A DNA stretch of 37,102 nucleotides from an uncultured bacterium (GCA_938092125.1 CALKMQ010000053.1:1-37102), one strand, 5' to 3'; numbered from the stretch's first letter, positions 24,942 through 34,826 are shown. Numbers and translations are program-made. The notes: generated by a model from the letters alone, not told the origin.

Positions 24942-27211
24942 TATGGACACCCCACTGTTGTTTGTGTACGTACTAACTGTATGTCTAGCGGATCACTTGT
25001 TGTAATCTGTGGTATTAATAAAGTAGAAGAGATTGAGGCACTAAAATCTTCAAAAGTACAAATACCAGTCTCATCATCTGTTGCTTGCCAAATACATAAT
25101 TCCCTAGGGAATACAGCTATAATTCTTGCATACCCATCTTGGTCAGTTCTAACAATTGGTTCGCAGTTAATCATACTGTAGCCATCCCATTTTCCATTAC
25201 CCTCACCGAGGTCATTCGTGTTTGGAGCTTGATCTACACCATTGTCACTAAAAGGCTCTGAGACCTCTTGAACATCAAATTTTCCATCACCATCAATATC
25301 AAAAGCATCATGTTCCTCATTAAATGTCCCCATATCAGCGGTTTGAGAACTATCATCAGCACCATAATCTCTCCAACTAAAACAACCGTTGTCCTCGCCT
25401 GTATTTGCAACACCATTTATTCCGACATCCTCATAAAGTTCATAACCAAGTTCTCTCCAGGCTTCAACACCTGTGCCAACAAAAGATATTGGCGCATTTA
25501 CAACTGGGTTACCATAAAAATCAATCAAAATTGCTGTGATTGTTATCTCTACTTCATTTGTTGGCGCAGGAAGAGAGAAGTCGTGGTATGTAGCACTTGC
25601 TGTTAACGATAATTCACCAGGAAGAAAAAACAATGCTGCATCTCCAACATCTTCATTTATCAAAGCAGAAACAGAATCAGCAATCGTATCTTCATCCGGA
25701 CCATCTGAACCAAATGTAGTTGCTTTAACTCTTCCAAAATCCCCAATAGCATCTGTTGAGTAAACTAGTTCACTATAAGCCACCCCTTTGTTTGCGTCAC
25801 CGTCTAGATTTTCATTGCCGGTGAAGCTAATACCTTCGACAAATGCATCAATTAAAGTATCAGGCGCAATTGGATCTATTGACCAATAAACGTAGGTTGA
25901 ATCTTCAACGGGGTTGTACCATTTATCATAAACTATTGCTGCACATTGGGTTTTATAAAACCCACCACCGATCGGTTCTGTTGAATTTGGATCATATTCT
26001 GGCTCAATGTAGTAAGGAGCGCCAGAAGCTATAATTACAGGTACTGCATTTGCGTTAATCTCATAATCTCCATCCTCATCACAATCTACACTAGCTTCCA
26101 CCCTAATTGGTCCAGGAACAGTGCCACTATTAATAGATACGGTTGCAATTCCATTAATTGTGAAAACGCTGGTATCTGTGACTCCCGGCTCTTCTAAGTA
26201 TGCACCTTCCATAATTGGATTCAAAACGAAGCGAATTAATCTAGGTTCATCTATAAGGTTCTCATTATCATCAAAAAGTTTAGCCTTTATTGAAGTAGAC
26301 TCAATTCCTCCACCATCCCTAACAACAATATTATCAGGCACTGATGATGCAATTTCTACATATGTACATTCTTGAACTAAGCCTACCTGAGTAACAATTG
26401 AGATAGTAGAAGAGTCAATAACGGAGGAACTAATGGAAGGGTGCTGAAACAACGCTTTAACTGTAGCAATACCAATATTTTCTTGCTCGCCATAATCGTG
26501 AAAACTAAATGTTATCTCACCATTATTATTGGTTGTGTCCGAGTCAACAACATTATCATCAATTTTTATATATCCTTTTTCACCAGCATCAATTTGAACA
26601 ATGACGTTTCTTACAGGAGTACCGTTCTTATTTAATAGTCTGCATGTAATATCAGACGGAGTATCTGATGCTAATGTTATTTCTTCAGGATTGGGAGCAG
26701 TCATTGTAAAAGTATAAGGCCATATATCGTCTTTTGAACCATAGACATCAAACCTAGTTGACGCTTCTAAATTTTCTCCGTAATAAGCTGTAATCTCAAC
26801 ATTTTCAAAAATAGGGGTAGTAGGATTATCAACAGCACCACTGCCACTACTAACATTATACGTTACAAAGGCTGAACCATCAGAACCAGTTGTTACTGTA
26901 TTGACATCAAAACTGCCTATAGATTTATAAGAGGAACCTTCTAAAGCCTTTGCACTAAAAGATATAACACCCCCTTTAACCGGATCTCCATCAGCGTCTC
27001 TTAGCTCAACAATTAAAAAGACACCAGCATATCCAACAACTGCTTCGCCAACGGTGCTGCCACTTGCTACAGGCTGCGCTTCAATAAAAGCAAGTGTTAA
27101 GCCATCTTCTGTGACTGAAGCACTCACTTTACGATCGTCACAACTCAAAGATGAAAAAATTAGAATAATTGAGAAACTAACTAAAATAGATTTAAATGTA
27201 TTTATTATCAT
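24941..27211 (-). CDS. Large lipoprotein with several Big_1/invasin-like Ig domains and an acidic Ca-binding-like, Cys-containing C-terminal region
   Basis: AAGGAG-N6-ATG. Lipoprotein signal ILIFSSLSC-D. Repeated Ig-like units (LIVELRDADGDPVKGGVISFSA...TTGSDGSAFVTYN; ITCRLLNKNGTPVRNVIVQIDA...NNNGEITFSF; ITAILIDFYGNPVVNAPISFVG...TDQDGYARIIAVF). EF-loop-like DCDEDGDYE and DIDGDGKFD. Confidence 0.75.
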   Translation of the reverse strand: MIINTFKSILVSFSIILIFSSLSCDDRKVSASVTEDGLTLAFIEAQPVASGSTVGEAVVGYAGVFLIVELRDADGDPVKGGVISFSAKALEGSSYKSIGSFDVNTVTTGSDGSAFVTYNVSSGSGAVDNPTTPIFENVEITAYYGENLEASTRFDVYGSKDDIWPYTFTMTAPNPEEITLASDTPSDITCRLLNKNGTPVRNVIVQIDAGEKGYIKIDDNVVDSDTTNNNGEITFSFHDYGEQENIGIATVKALFQHPSISSSVIDSSTISIVTQVGLVQECTYVEIASSVPDNIVVRDGGGIESTSIKAKLFDDNENLIDEPRLIRFVLNPIMEGAYLEEPGVTDTSVFTINGIATVSINSGTVPGPIRVEASVDCDEDGDYEINANAVPVIIASGAPYYIEPEYDPNSTEPIGGGFYKTQCAAIVYDKWYNPVEDSTYVYWSIDPIAPDTLIDAFVEGISFTGNENLDGDANKGVAYSELVYSTDAIGDFGRVKATTFGSDGPDEDTIADSVSALINEDVGDAALFFLPGELSLTASATYHDFSLPAPTNEVEITITAILIDFYGNPVVNAPISFVGTGVEAWRELGYELYEDVGINGVANTGEDNGCFSWRDYGADDSSQTADMGTFNEEHDAFDIDGDGKFDVQEVSEPFSDNGVDQAPNTNDLGEGNGKWDGYSMINCEPIVRTDQDGYARIIAVFPRELCIWQATDDETGICTFEDFSASISSTLLIPQITTSDPLDIQLVRTQTTVGCP

Positions 27212-27223
27212 ATAAGGCTCCTT

Positions 27224-28726
27224 TTATTCTTCGCCTGATTCAATTTGTTCTGGTAACGAAGAAGCGTCATTCCAAATTCCTTCGTATGTGGACGTATTTT
27301 CTAATTCGACCTCACCAAGGTCTGAGTTCTTTGCAGTACCATCTTCACTTTTCCCAAGAAGATTTTTTTCAAATGACCTCATTCGATTGGTTTTCATAAT
27401 ACCAGTATAGTTATCAACTACAATCCTTGGTGTTATCTGTATAATTAAATCTGTTTTCCTTTCAACAAGGTTTTTACTGGTGAATATTTTTTCACCAAAC
27501 CAAGGAATTTTGTGCAATATTGGAACTTTGTATAAAGTTTGTTTTCTATCATTACTTAACAAACCACCAATGATAATACTTTCACCATCCTTAACTCTAA
27601 TAGTAGTTGATGATTTTCTACTTTTTACTCGAGGTATATTATTGTCAGGACCAATAAATTCAAAAATTGTAGAAACCTCTGGCTCAACTTTCACTGTGAT
27701 AAAACCATCTGTATTTACAGTAGGATTTATCTCTAGCTTAATACCGACTTCTTCTCGCTGAACTTGTACCTGACCACCCACACCCCCAGAACTGAGAATA
27801 TATGGAACAATATCAACGAGCTTAATAGAAGCCTCTCTTCCATTAAGTGTCGTAAGCCTTGAATCAGCTAAAACTTCTGCTTGATTTGCTTTCATTAACA
27901 TATCTAGAGTCACATCAAAAGCCGTCATTTGCCGACTAAAGTATCTAGGCACAATTTGACTACCATCATTCAAGTCTGATTTAAGCGGGTCAAAAGGCAT
28001 TGTTGTTGGCTTTTGTCCAATAGTCTGGTCATCTGGCACGACAGAACCACCTGTTGTTTCATCTAACGCATTTTCTGCTAAGATTGTCGTAAACTTTGAA
28101 AGCCTTGACCAATCAATGCCAAGTTGCTCTTCATTGTCTGCAGCAACTTCAATTAAACGAGTTTCCAACATAATTTGAATAGCAGGAATGTCGATCTGCT
28201 TGACGACTTCTTGAATCTCAGCGATTTTTTTAGGCGAAGCATTTACCAAAAGTTTATTCCCTGATATATCGACCTGAATTTGGTCAGATATGTCTTGCAG
28301 CATGGATTTTATTTCCTGCGCAGAAGCGTATTTTAATTCAATCACATAAGACGTTACCCCTACCTCTTCCTTTAATTTTTTTGGATCAGCAATTAAAAAT
28401 GAATTGCCAACAACTTCATAACTCAATCCAACTGCGCGAACAACTAAATTAATTGCCTGCTCTATAGGAACATCATCTAAATGAATAGATATTTTTTCTT
28501 GCCTGTTCACATTGGGGTCGGTCACAATATTGTAACCACTTTCTTTTGCAAGTATTGCAAGAATACTCGGTAAATGAGCATCTTCTGCGTGGACTGTAAC
28601 CAAATTAAGATCTTCTGATTGATCTGGAAGTCCATCTAAAGCACCGGAGCCTTGACCAAAAATCGTCAAAATGGATAATGATATGTAAATGATAAATTTT
28701 CTTAAGGACTGCATATTACTGTTCAC
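27224..28726 (-). CDS. pilQ: Type IV pilus secretin PilQ (secretin family)
   Basis: The likely start is the ATG at 28714 (MQSLRKFIIYISLSILTIFG) behind AAAGGTG; the ORF track begins at a GTG at 28726. STN/N0-like LPSILAILAKESGYNIVTD...VPIEQAINLVVRAVGLSYEV. N1-like YVIELKYASAQEIKSML. Secretin core VLADSRLTTLNGREASI...IPRVKSRKSSTTIRVKDGESIIIGGL...KVPILHKIPWFGEKIF...DLIIQITPRIV. Confidence 0.88.
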   Translation of the reverse strand: MNSNMQSLRKFIIYISLSILTIFGQGSGALDGLPDQSEDLNLVTVHAEDAHLPSILAILAKESGYNIVTDPNVNRQEKISIHLDDVPIEQAINLVVRAVGLSYEVVGNSFLIADPKKLKEEVGVTSYVIELKYASAQEIKSMLQDISDQIQVDISGNKLLVNASPKKIAEIQEVVKQIDIPAIQIMLETRLIEVAADNEEQLGIDWSRLSKFTTILAENALDETTGGSVVPDDQTIGQKPTTMPFDPLKSDLNDGSQIVPRYFSRQMTAFDVTLDMLMKANQAEVLADSRLTTLNGREASIKLVDIVPYILSSGGVGGQVQVQREEVGIKLEINPTVNTDGFITVKVEPEVSTIFEFIGPDNNIPRVKSRKSSTTIRVKDGESIIIGGLLSNDRKQTLYKVPILHKIPWFGEKIFTSKNLVERKTDLIIQITPRIVVDNYTGIMKTNRMRSFEKNLLGKSEDGTAKNSDLGEVELENTSTYEGIWNDASSLPEQIESGEE

Positions 28727-28732
28727 CTTTCG

Positions 28733-29272
28733 TTAAATCTTACCTCGTTTAAAATCTTCCGCACTAATTTCTAAAGCATTTTGTCTGTCAGTACCTGGAG
28801 CAGGATAAGAGAGGATTTTATTTTCTCTTTTAATAATTACCTGCTTTTCATCAATATGTACCACCTCACCTAAGCTTGGAATATTTTCACCACGAGTGGC
28901 ATTATAAATATTCCCTCTATAATTTAATTGGGCCTGAAACTTATTCTGACTTTGGTATATCATCGCTATTCTTAAAGCACTACGACTTCTTCTATTGCTT
29001 GGACCGCTACCATCAGCTAAGGTAAGGACATTTGTAAGACGCATAGGTTGTTTTTCTAATGAAAACTGGTAATAGCCTCTTTGCTCTAAACGTTGTTCTA
29101 AATATTCAATAACATTTTCTAAATCTTTATCGGTTCCAAAAGTTCTTGAAGACTTAGCAATAATTTTTCTATATTTTTTATTTTTTGGGTACAAACTAAA
29201 TCCACCAGCTACAATCGAAAGAATTGCAAATGTTATTAGAAGCTTCCAAATAGTAAGGGACCGTTCACTCAT
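28733..29272 (-). CDS. PilP-like inner-membrane-anchored pilus alignment protein (assigned mainly by position)
   Basis: N-terminal TM WKLLITFAILSIVAGGFSL. C-terminal small beta-domain pattern GENIPSLGEVVHIDEKQVIIKRENKILSY. Sits between pilO and pilQ exactly as pilP does. Confidence 0.45.
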   Translation of the reverse strand: MSERSLTIWKLLITFAILSIVAGGFSLYPKNKKYRKIIAKSSRTFGTDKDLENVIEYLEQRLEQRGYYQFSLEKQPMRLTNVLTLADGSGPSNRRSRSALRIAMIYQSQNKFQAQLNYRGNIYNATRGENIPSLGEVVHIDEKQVIIKRENKILSYPAPGTDRQNALEISAEDFKRGKI

Positions 29273-29274
29273 AA

Positions 29275-29844
29275 TTAACCTTTCGACCTAGATTTTACCA
29301 GAGTAATTGTAGCAAGATTTAACTCAAACACTTGCTCTAATAAATCATCTTCTGAAACATTTGTTTTTACTCGTTCAATACCATTTTTAACTTCATACTC
29401 ATTCAAAGTTATTAATCTAGGCGATCGCTCAATTTCAGCTAAAAACTTTCCAAACTCATCATAACTGCACTCAATCGTAATCACATATGGAGATTTATAG
29501 TAATCTCCTTTATTTACCCTATCCTTAGGCTTTATACCTAATAGTTGTATGTCTAAATCATCTAGTATATCTGTTAGAGCATTTAAAAAAGGAAGGCTAG
29601 CATCTTCAGCTAATGAGTCTTGTTGAGACAAAGCTAGGTTTTCTTGGAAAAGAGTATAAACTCGATCAAGTTTACTTGCGAGGATTTGAGCACTGATTAA
29701 GTTTTCATTTAGCTCGGTTTCTTCTTGTTCTAAGAGTTTTATTTTTAATGGCTTTTCACCAATGAAAAATGAAGAACTGACCCAATAAGTAATTGTCAAA
29801 ATAATTATCGCACCAAATAAAATGATATTTCTTTTTTCCGCCAT
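29275..29844 (-). CDS. pilO: PilO-like pilus alignment protein
   Basis: I place the start at the ATG at 29844, 1 nt after the pilN stop (MAEKRNIILFGAIIILTITYW). TM, coiled coil, then YYKSPYVITIECSYDEFGKFLAEIERSPRLITL, the usual PilO C-domain pattern. The ORF track extends to a TTG at 29886. Confidence 0.6.
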   Translation of the reverse strand: MAEKRNIILFGAIIILTITYWVSSSFFIGEKPLKIKLLEQEETELNENLISAQILASKLDRVYTLFQENLALSQQDSLAEDASLPFLNALTDILDDLDIQLLGIKPKDRVNKGDYYKSPYVITIECSYDEFGKFLAEIERSPRLITLNEYEVKNGIERVKTNVSEDDLLEQVFELNLATITLVKSRSKG

Positions 29845-29845
29845 A

Positions 29846-30436
29846 TTATGAATATACCTTACTACCACCTTTTTTGATTGAGGCAATCACTTCAAAACGA
29901 ATAATATTTTGTCCACGAATATTCACCTTTTGATGACCAACATATTTGATCCGAGAAAAATTCTCCGAAAATTCTTTATTACTTCTCAATGTTTGGACAT
30001 ATTCATCAATAATTTCGAAATCTTTTCTGTCTTCAAAAGTTAAAGCGATTCCTTTAATTGTTAATTTATCCCTTTTAAACTTCATTCCAGTTATCGCCAT
30101 ATCATCAGGAGTCATTTTGCCTAATAATTCCATATTCCTCGCCCAGAGGAATCTGTCTTGTTCTAGGTCAGCAAAAGACATAATATCATTTTTGGATAAA
30201 TTTTTACCTTTAGATTGCAACTGCTTAATTTGATTTTCAAGCTGAACAATTTGATTTTTCTTTTTATTAATTACGGAGTTATATCCAACCCCAATCATCA
30301 AAACTCTAATATTGATAAATACTAAACTAAATATCAAAATTCCAAAAACAACCCATCTCGTACGCTCAAGAACTCTCTCCTTAAGAACCTCTGAACTCTC
30401 AGCTTTATTTAAATTGATTTTAATATAGGTTTTCAT
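29846..30436 (-). CDS. pilN: PilN-like pilus alignment protein
   Basis: The ATG at 30434-30436 overlaps the pilM TAA as TAATG (MKTYIKINLNK..., compare the PilN INLLP motif). Single TM WVVFGILIFSLVFINIRVLMIG, coiled coil, then an alpha/beta C-domain. The ORF track extends to 30460. Confidence 0.65.
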   Translation of the reverse strand: MKTYIKINLNKAESSEVLKERVLERTRWVVFGILIFSLVFINIRVLMIGVGYNSVINKKKNQIVQLENQIKQLQSKGKNLSKNDIMSFADLEQDRFLWARNMELLGKMTPDDMAITGMKFKRDKLTIKGIALTFEDRKDFEIIDEYVQTLRSNKEFSENFSRIKYVGHQKVNIRGQNIIRFEVIASIKKGGSKVYS

Positions 30437-31488
30437 TATTCCATACCTGCTCGAATACATAATCCCATCGCAAGGACATATTGACTCGGGTTTTCCAGAC
30501 TCAAAGATTCAGCACCATCAAAACCTTCGAATGGATTCAAAATATCACAATCTATATTTAGTTTGGAGCTTATTAGTCCAGCTAAACCTGGCGTTCCGGC
30601 CGCTCCTCCTGTCAATAAGATTTTCAAGAAAAAACTCTGCCCGGTTTGCTTAGCATAAAACCTTAAACTTCTTCGAAGATCTTCAATAAGATTATCATAA
30701 ACTGATCTTTCCGCAACACCCAGAGTAGTCTGATCTTCACTTGCTTCATTTTTTAAAATTGAGGCAACACCATCTCTAAAAAGAATATCTTGAGCCTCCG
30801 TATAGCTAATATCTTTTTTGTCAACAATTTCTTTAACAAACTGATGACCACCGATAGGCAAATCTCTAGTAAAATATTGCTGCCCGTTACCCCATACAAT
30901 TAGACTCGATGACAAAGCTCCTATGTCTAAAATAACGGCTAATCCTTCAGATGGCATATCTTTTAAATACGTAAATGAATTTGTAATTGCGATTGGATCT
31001 GCATCTATTACGCCCGGCTTTAAACCGCTTTCCTTTAACAAATCCATATGGGATGTCAATACTCCTTTTGTACAAGCAACGAGACTTACATCTATTTTAT
31101 CAACTTCTTTTTCATTTGAACCTAATATTTGATAATCGATTACTGCATCAGTTCCATCCATAGGAATATGCTTTCTTGCTTCAAACGTCATCGCAGATTC
31201 CAACTCCTCTGCAGGCATTTCCATTGTAGTAATTTGCTTAACACTTGCAGACGCACCGCTAATACCTGTTGCAATTAATTTAATTTTTTTCGGATTCAAA
31301 TTTTGCTGTTTTAACAATTCTTTTATAGCCATAATCCAATGATGAGTATCAATTTTATCTGGATCAAAAGCTTGATTAGGTTCAGGCACTAATCTTTGAC
31401 CAGCATATAATAGTTTATAACCGTCTTTGGTCTTATTCATCGCAACAAGTTTGATATATTGTCTTCCAATATCTAATCCAACAAACAC
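30436..31488 (-). CDS. pilM: Type IV pilus assembly protein PilM (actin-like ATPase fold)
   Basis: GTG start behind AAAGGAGA. FVGLDIGRQYIKLV phosphate-1 motif, VILDIGALSSSLIV, LLTGGAAGTPGL. 350 aa. Followed by pilN/O. Confidence 0.88.
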   Translation of the reverse strand: MFVGLDIGRQYIKLVAMNKTKDGYKLLYAGQRLVPEPNQAFDPDKIDTHHWIMAIKELLKQQNLNPKKIKLIATGISGASASVKQITTMEMPAEELESAMTFEARKHIPMDGTDAVIDYQILGSNEKEVDKIDVSLVACTKGVLTSHMDLLKESGLKPGVIDADPIAITNSFTYLKDMPSEGLAVILDIGALSSSLIVWGNGQQYFTRDLPIGGHQFVKEIVDKKDISYTEAQDILFRDGVASILKNEASEDQTTLGVAERSVYDNLIEDLRRSLRFYAKQTGQSFFLKILLTGGAAGTPGLAGLISSKLNIDCDILNPFEGFDGAESLSLENPSQYVLAMGLCIRAGME

Positions 31489-31509
31489 TAGCCGTCTCCT
31501 TTCAACGAG

Positions 31510-33753
31510 TTAACTATCATCGCCTAGCTCACCATAGGATGCCATTTTGAGTATTACGTTATTATTCACATCAACTTGGTCTGGGTAATAAGGAGGAGGA
31601 TTCATGCGTAAATTCCAATCGTAATGAAAATTCTTATCATAACCCACTCCAGGAGACACATTGTAAGGCCCAGGGTAATTTCTTAGCAAATAGCCTCTTT
31701 TTTGTTGCACAATAGAACCCCATAAGTGAATAACCCCGCGCTTATCATTCGTATTTGTATAAAGACCATTATTTTCTTGAGATCTAAAATTATTTCTGTG
31801 ACCACCTCTACCATCAGCAATATAACCGTAGGACAAATTATCATTCCAATCATGATATGCCACAAGAGTATTTTGCCAATAATGAGAAATAAATCCACCA
31901 TAAAGCGCCATTATTGAAGCATTAATTTTAATATCAGAATCATAAAGCTGTCCTCTGGCACCATTAGGTCGAGTGTTAGCGATGATTACACTACCACCAG
32001 CAACGAGACCAAGGACATTTTGAGTACCTCCATCATCTGGATGCACAATAGCTCCATTGGCATATGAATCAGCATAAACTATATCGTCAATGAGCCAAAT
32101 ATTGCCCCAAACTCGGTCTACAATACTTTGATTGTCATGCCGTCTGTATTCTGTATAGTCATCCGTAACAACAGTATACTGTCCTCCTACTTGCCCTCTA
32201 ATTAATACTTGACCACCTTTAACATAGATAACCGATGGGCCAGAATAGGGGTAAAACAGTCTCTGCATATAAACGTAATCACTATTGTAAATTTGATCAG
32301 GGCAAGAAAAGATATCACAATTCAAGCCACTCAAACCGCCTGCGTTCCAATAATCAAAATCAAAATGATGCCTTCCACCAGGAGGACAATACTCTAAACC
32401 ATCATCTTCATGATCATGGTAATATTTAAAATCGTTCCATTCGACATCTTCTGCTAGACCTGAAGAAGCACTTGTATTTACCAACGTGATAGCTTCTCCA
32501 TCAGTAAAACCCTCTTCTGAAGCGGAAACGAAGTTAATCGATTCGGAATTTATTTGAATCATTACACGGTCTTCACCAATTGGAATTGGGTCATTTATCA
32601 CTGCAAATGAAACAGATTTAGAAATATCTGGATTTGCCAACCTCAGAATATCACCAGCACTAATGGTACTAATAAGGGTTGCTCTAATATTTTCTCCAGA
32701 GGCATCCAACGCGCTTAGTATGATGAAAGTACCTTCATAACCGATTCCCGGTATGAAGGCATTATCAGGACCAAAATGAACACTGGAAACATTCACATTT
32801 AATGCAGTACTTAAACCATCCCAAATATAATCGAACTCATTCGGAGGGCCACCAATAGGTGGAATGTTGTACCACCATTGAGATGCCCAAAAGCCACTTG
32901 GAGTAAAATTAATTTCTGTCATTACCAAAGTATCTTTTTTACCAGTTCGAAAAAGCATATTATCGGCATCAAACACATAGTCAGCATTTGCTCTAACAAG
33001 CTGAGCAGAGTTTTCAGGCGGAAATGTTATCGTAGCTATAGTATCAAGTATGTTTACTGATTCACCATCAATATTTTGTTCAAAGACGCCTTCATCGCAG
33101 GCACCCCAAGAACCTATGCCACCCCCATTATCAACTGCTTCATTCGTAATTGTAACGGAGCCTGAGAATTCAGGACATCCATAACTACTAAAGACCATAT
33201 CGCCATTTGTGTGAACCCTACCTTCGAGTTGATCATTGGTACCAAAGTTCACGGTCCCAGTATTTCCAGGACCAATAGGTTTTTCTTCATTTGTAAAATA
33301 CATAAAATCTTCAAAACCTTGAGCCTGCATTGTCATAAATACTGTACGCTCAATGGGATCTACTTTATCCCCGAAACTAGTAATAGGAGTCGCTTCACCA
33401 GTTGAATAAACATAATATAATTTTCTAGTTGAATTTTGCTCTAATTCTGTTCGAGCATAAATGTTTTTGTATTTACCAATAGGAGAACCATATTCATTTT
33501 TCCCATAATTTTTTCCTTCTGGGTACAACAATGTGTCCTCAGTTACCAGTTGAGGCAAAATCACAACGCCAACCTCATTTAGACCTGCTTCAGCAGCGTA
33601 CAGAGCTCGGTGTTCAGCATATCGATACTCTTCCAAAACAGATAAATTAAATGAACTTTTAAGATACGCAGCGGTAAAAACCATGCTTACCAAGGTAAAT
33701 AACATTGCTAGTGGAGCAGCACTACCCTTATTATGAAATTTGAGACTGGTCAT
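31510..33753 (-). CDS. Large PilX_N-type pilus-associated protein (candidate tip/adhesin component)
   Basis: N-terminus KGSAAPLAMLFTLVSMVFTAAYL resembles the PilX N-terminal hydrophobic segment, with no Glu at +5. 747 aa of Gly/Asn/Tyr/Trp-rich beta-type sequence (GRVHTNGDMVF, LVAGGSVIIAN). Follows the two minor pilins with a 23-nt overlap. Confidence 0.55.
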   Translation of the reverse strand: MTSLKFHNKGSAAPLAMLFTLVSMVFTAAYLKSSFNLSVLEEYRYAEHRALYAAEAGLNEVGVVILPQLVTEDTLLYPEGKNYGKNEYGSPIGKYKNIYARTELEQNSTRKLYYVYSTGEATPITSFGDKVDPIERTVFMTMQAQGFEDFMYFTNEEKPIGPGNTGTVNFGTNDQLEGRVHTNGDMVFSSYGCPEFSGSVTITNEAVDNGGGIGSWGACDEGVFEQNIDGESVNILDTIATITFPPENSAQLVRANADYVFDADNMLFRTGKKDTLVMTEINFTPSGFWASQWWYNIPPIGGPPNEFDYIWDGLSTALNVNVSSVHFGPDNAFIPGIGYEGTFIILSALDASGENIRATLISTISAGDILRLANPDISKSVSFAVINDPIPIGEDRVMIQINSESINFVSASEEGFTDGEAITLVNTSASSGLAEDVEWNDFKYYHDHEDDGLEYCPPGGRHHFDFDYWNAGGLSGLNCDIFSCPDQIYNSDYVYMQRLFYPYSGPSVIYVKGGQVLIRGQVGGQYTVVTDDYTEYRRHDNQSIVDRVWGNIWLIDDIVYADSYANGAIVHPDDGGTQNVLGLVAGGSVIIANTRPNGARGQLYDSDIKINASIMALYGGFISHYWQNTLVAYHDWNDNLSYGYIADGRGGHRNNFRSQENNGLYTNTNDKRGVIHLWGSIVQQKRGYLLRNYPGPYNVSPGVGYDKNFHYDWNLRMNPPPYYPDQVDVNNNVILKMASYGELGDDS

Positions 33754-34351
33754 TTGTAAGTTTTTTCATAATAAAGGATTGTCCTAAAAATACACCTCTG
33801 TGAAAATAATGGTCTTCGGAGGTGGTTTGACCATTCGTAAATACGTCTTGATCCATTGATAAAGTTAACTCAAGGTGTAAATAAGATTGCTTGAAGGCTG
33901 TTAAACCAGGCCTAGAGCTTGGCTCACTATTTACAACAAAATCTTTTATCCATATACTCCTCTGTCCATTACCTCTAAATGCTCCAAAATTAGGAAATTT
34001 TAGAGTCCCATCTAATGGGACAGCATAATTGAACTGAACTCCATTAGTTTGGTGACAGGATATAACCATCGAAGGTGTAAGGTCATTATAGAATTTAAAT
34101 AGTTTTATTCTCGAGAAGCCATTGAGACCATCAACTTCGACTTTTTGTGCCAGGTTTAACTCTTTGACCATTTCGCGCATTACATTGCTTCCATATTGTC
34201 TTAAATCTTGTCTAACATGGTCAGATTGATAATGCAATAAAACGCCTTGAGTCCCCATTGTCATTCCTAAGGCAATAATACTAGTAACTACAACAACTGC
34301 GGTCATTTCAATTAATGTCATACCTTTTGATGCTTTTGATAAAATCATCAT
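33731..34351 (-). CDS. Minor pilin with prepilin-type N-terminal cleavage/methylation signal
   Basis: SKASKG|MTLIEMTAVVVVTSIIALG has Gly at -1, Glu at +5 and a hydrophobic helix. ATG overlaps the upstream TGA (ATGATGA). Confidence 0.75.
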   Translation of the reverse strand: MMILSKASKGMTLIEMTAVVVVTSIIALGMTMGTQGVLLHYQSDHVRQDLRQYGSNVMREMVKELNLAQKVEVDGLNGFSRIKLFKFYNDLTPSMVISCHQTNGVQFNYAVPLDGTLKFPNFGAFRGNGQRSIWIKDFVVNSEPSSRPGLTAFKQSYLHLELTLSMDQDVFTNGQTTSEDHYFHRGVFLGQSFIMKKLTNDQSQIS

Positions 34352-34824
34352 CCGATATCGAAGACAGCCATTACAGTAGAGAGCCTTCTTTCCTTTTCAA
34401 CCTTATCGCTCCACCTATTAGCTGGCGTCTGCATGTAATCTTTCCATTTTATCCAACAGTCAAGCTGATACCTTCTAAAATCTGTTGGCCCATGTTCTGT
34501 TGTACGTTCGAGCTTATTAATATCATAATACAAGGTTGCTTTTACTTTATAACTAGATTGAGCGTTTCCAAATAGATAAATTTGATCACCTTGTAAATCA
34601 CCGCTCCATTCAGAAGAAGATAAGACGCCATCAGCAATTCTTCCTTTCCAATATTCCATATGATTTAAAAGCTCTTCAGTTGCCCGCTCTTTTACTTCAA
34701 GGGCATGAAGCTCTCCTCGAGCATGAACGGCACCCATAAGAATACCTAAAGCAGCAATTGAAATGATTACAACTGCTGTCATGACTTCGATAAAACCTAT
34801 TCCACTGCTTGTTTTTCTAATCAT
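34348..34824 (-). CDS. Minor pilin with prepilin-type N-terminal cleavage/methylation signal
   Basis: RKTSSG|IGFIEVMTAVVIISIAALGIL has Glu at +5. 158 aa. Starts 2 nt after the pilT stop. Confidence 0.8.
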   Translation of the reverse strand: MIRKTSSGIGFIEVMTAVVIISIAALGILMGAVHARGELHALEVKERATEELLNHMEYWKGRIADGVLSSSEWSGDLQGDQIYLFGNAQSSYKVKATLYYDINKLERTTEHGPTDFRRYQLDCWIKWKDYMQTPANRWSDKVEKERRLSTVMAVFDIG

Positions 34825-34826
34825 TA

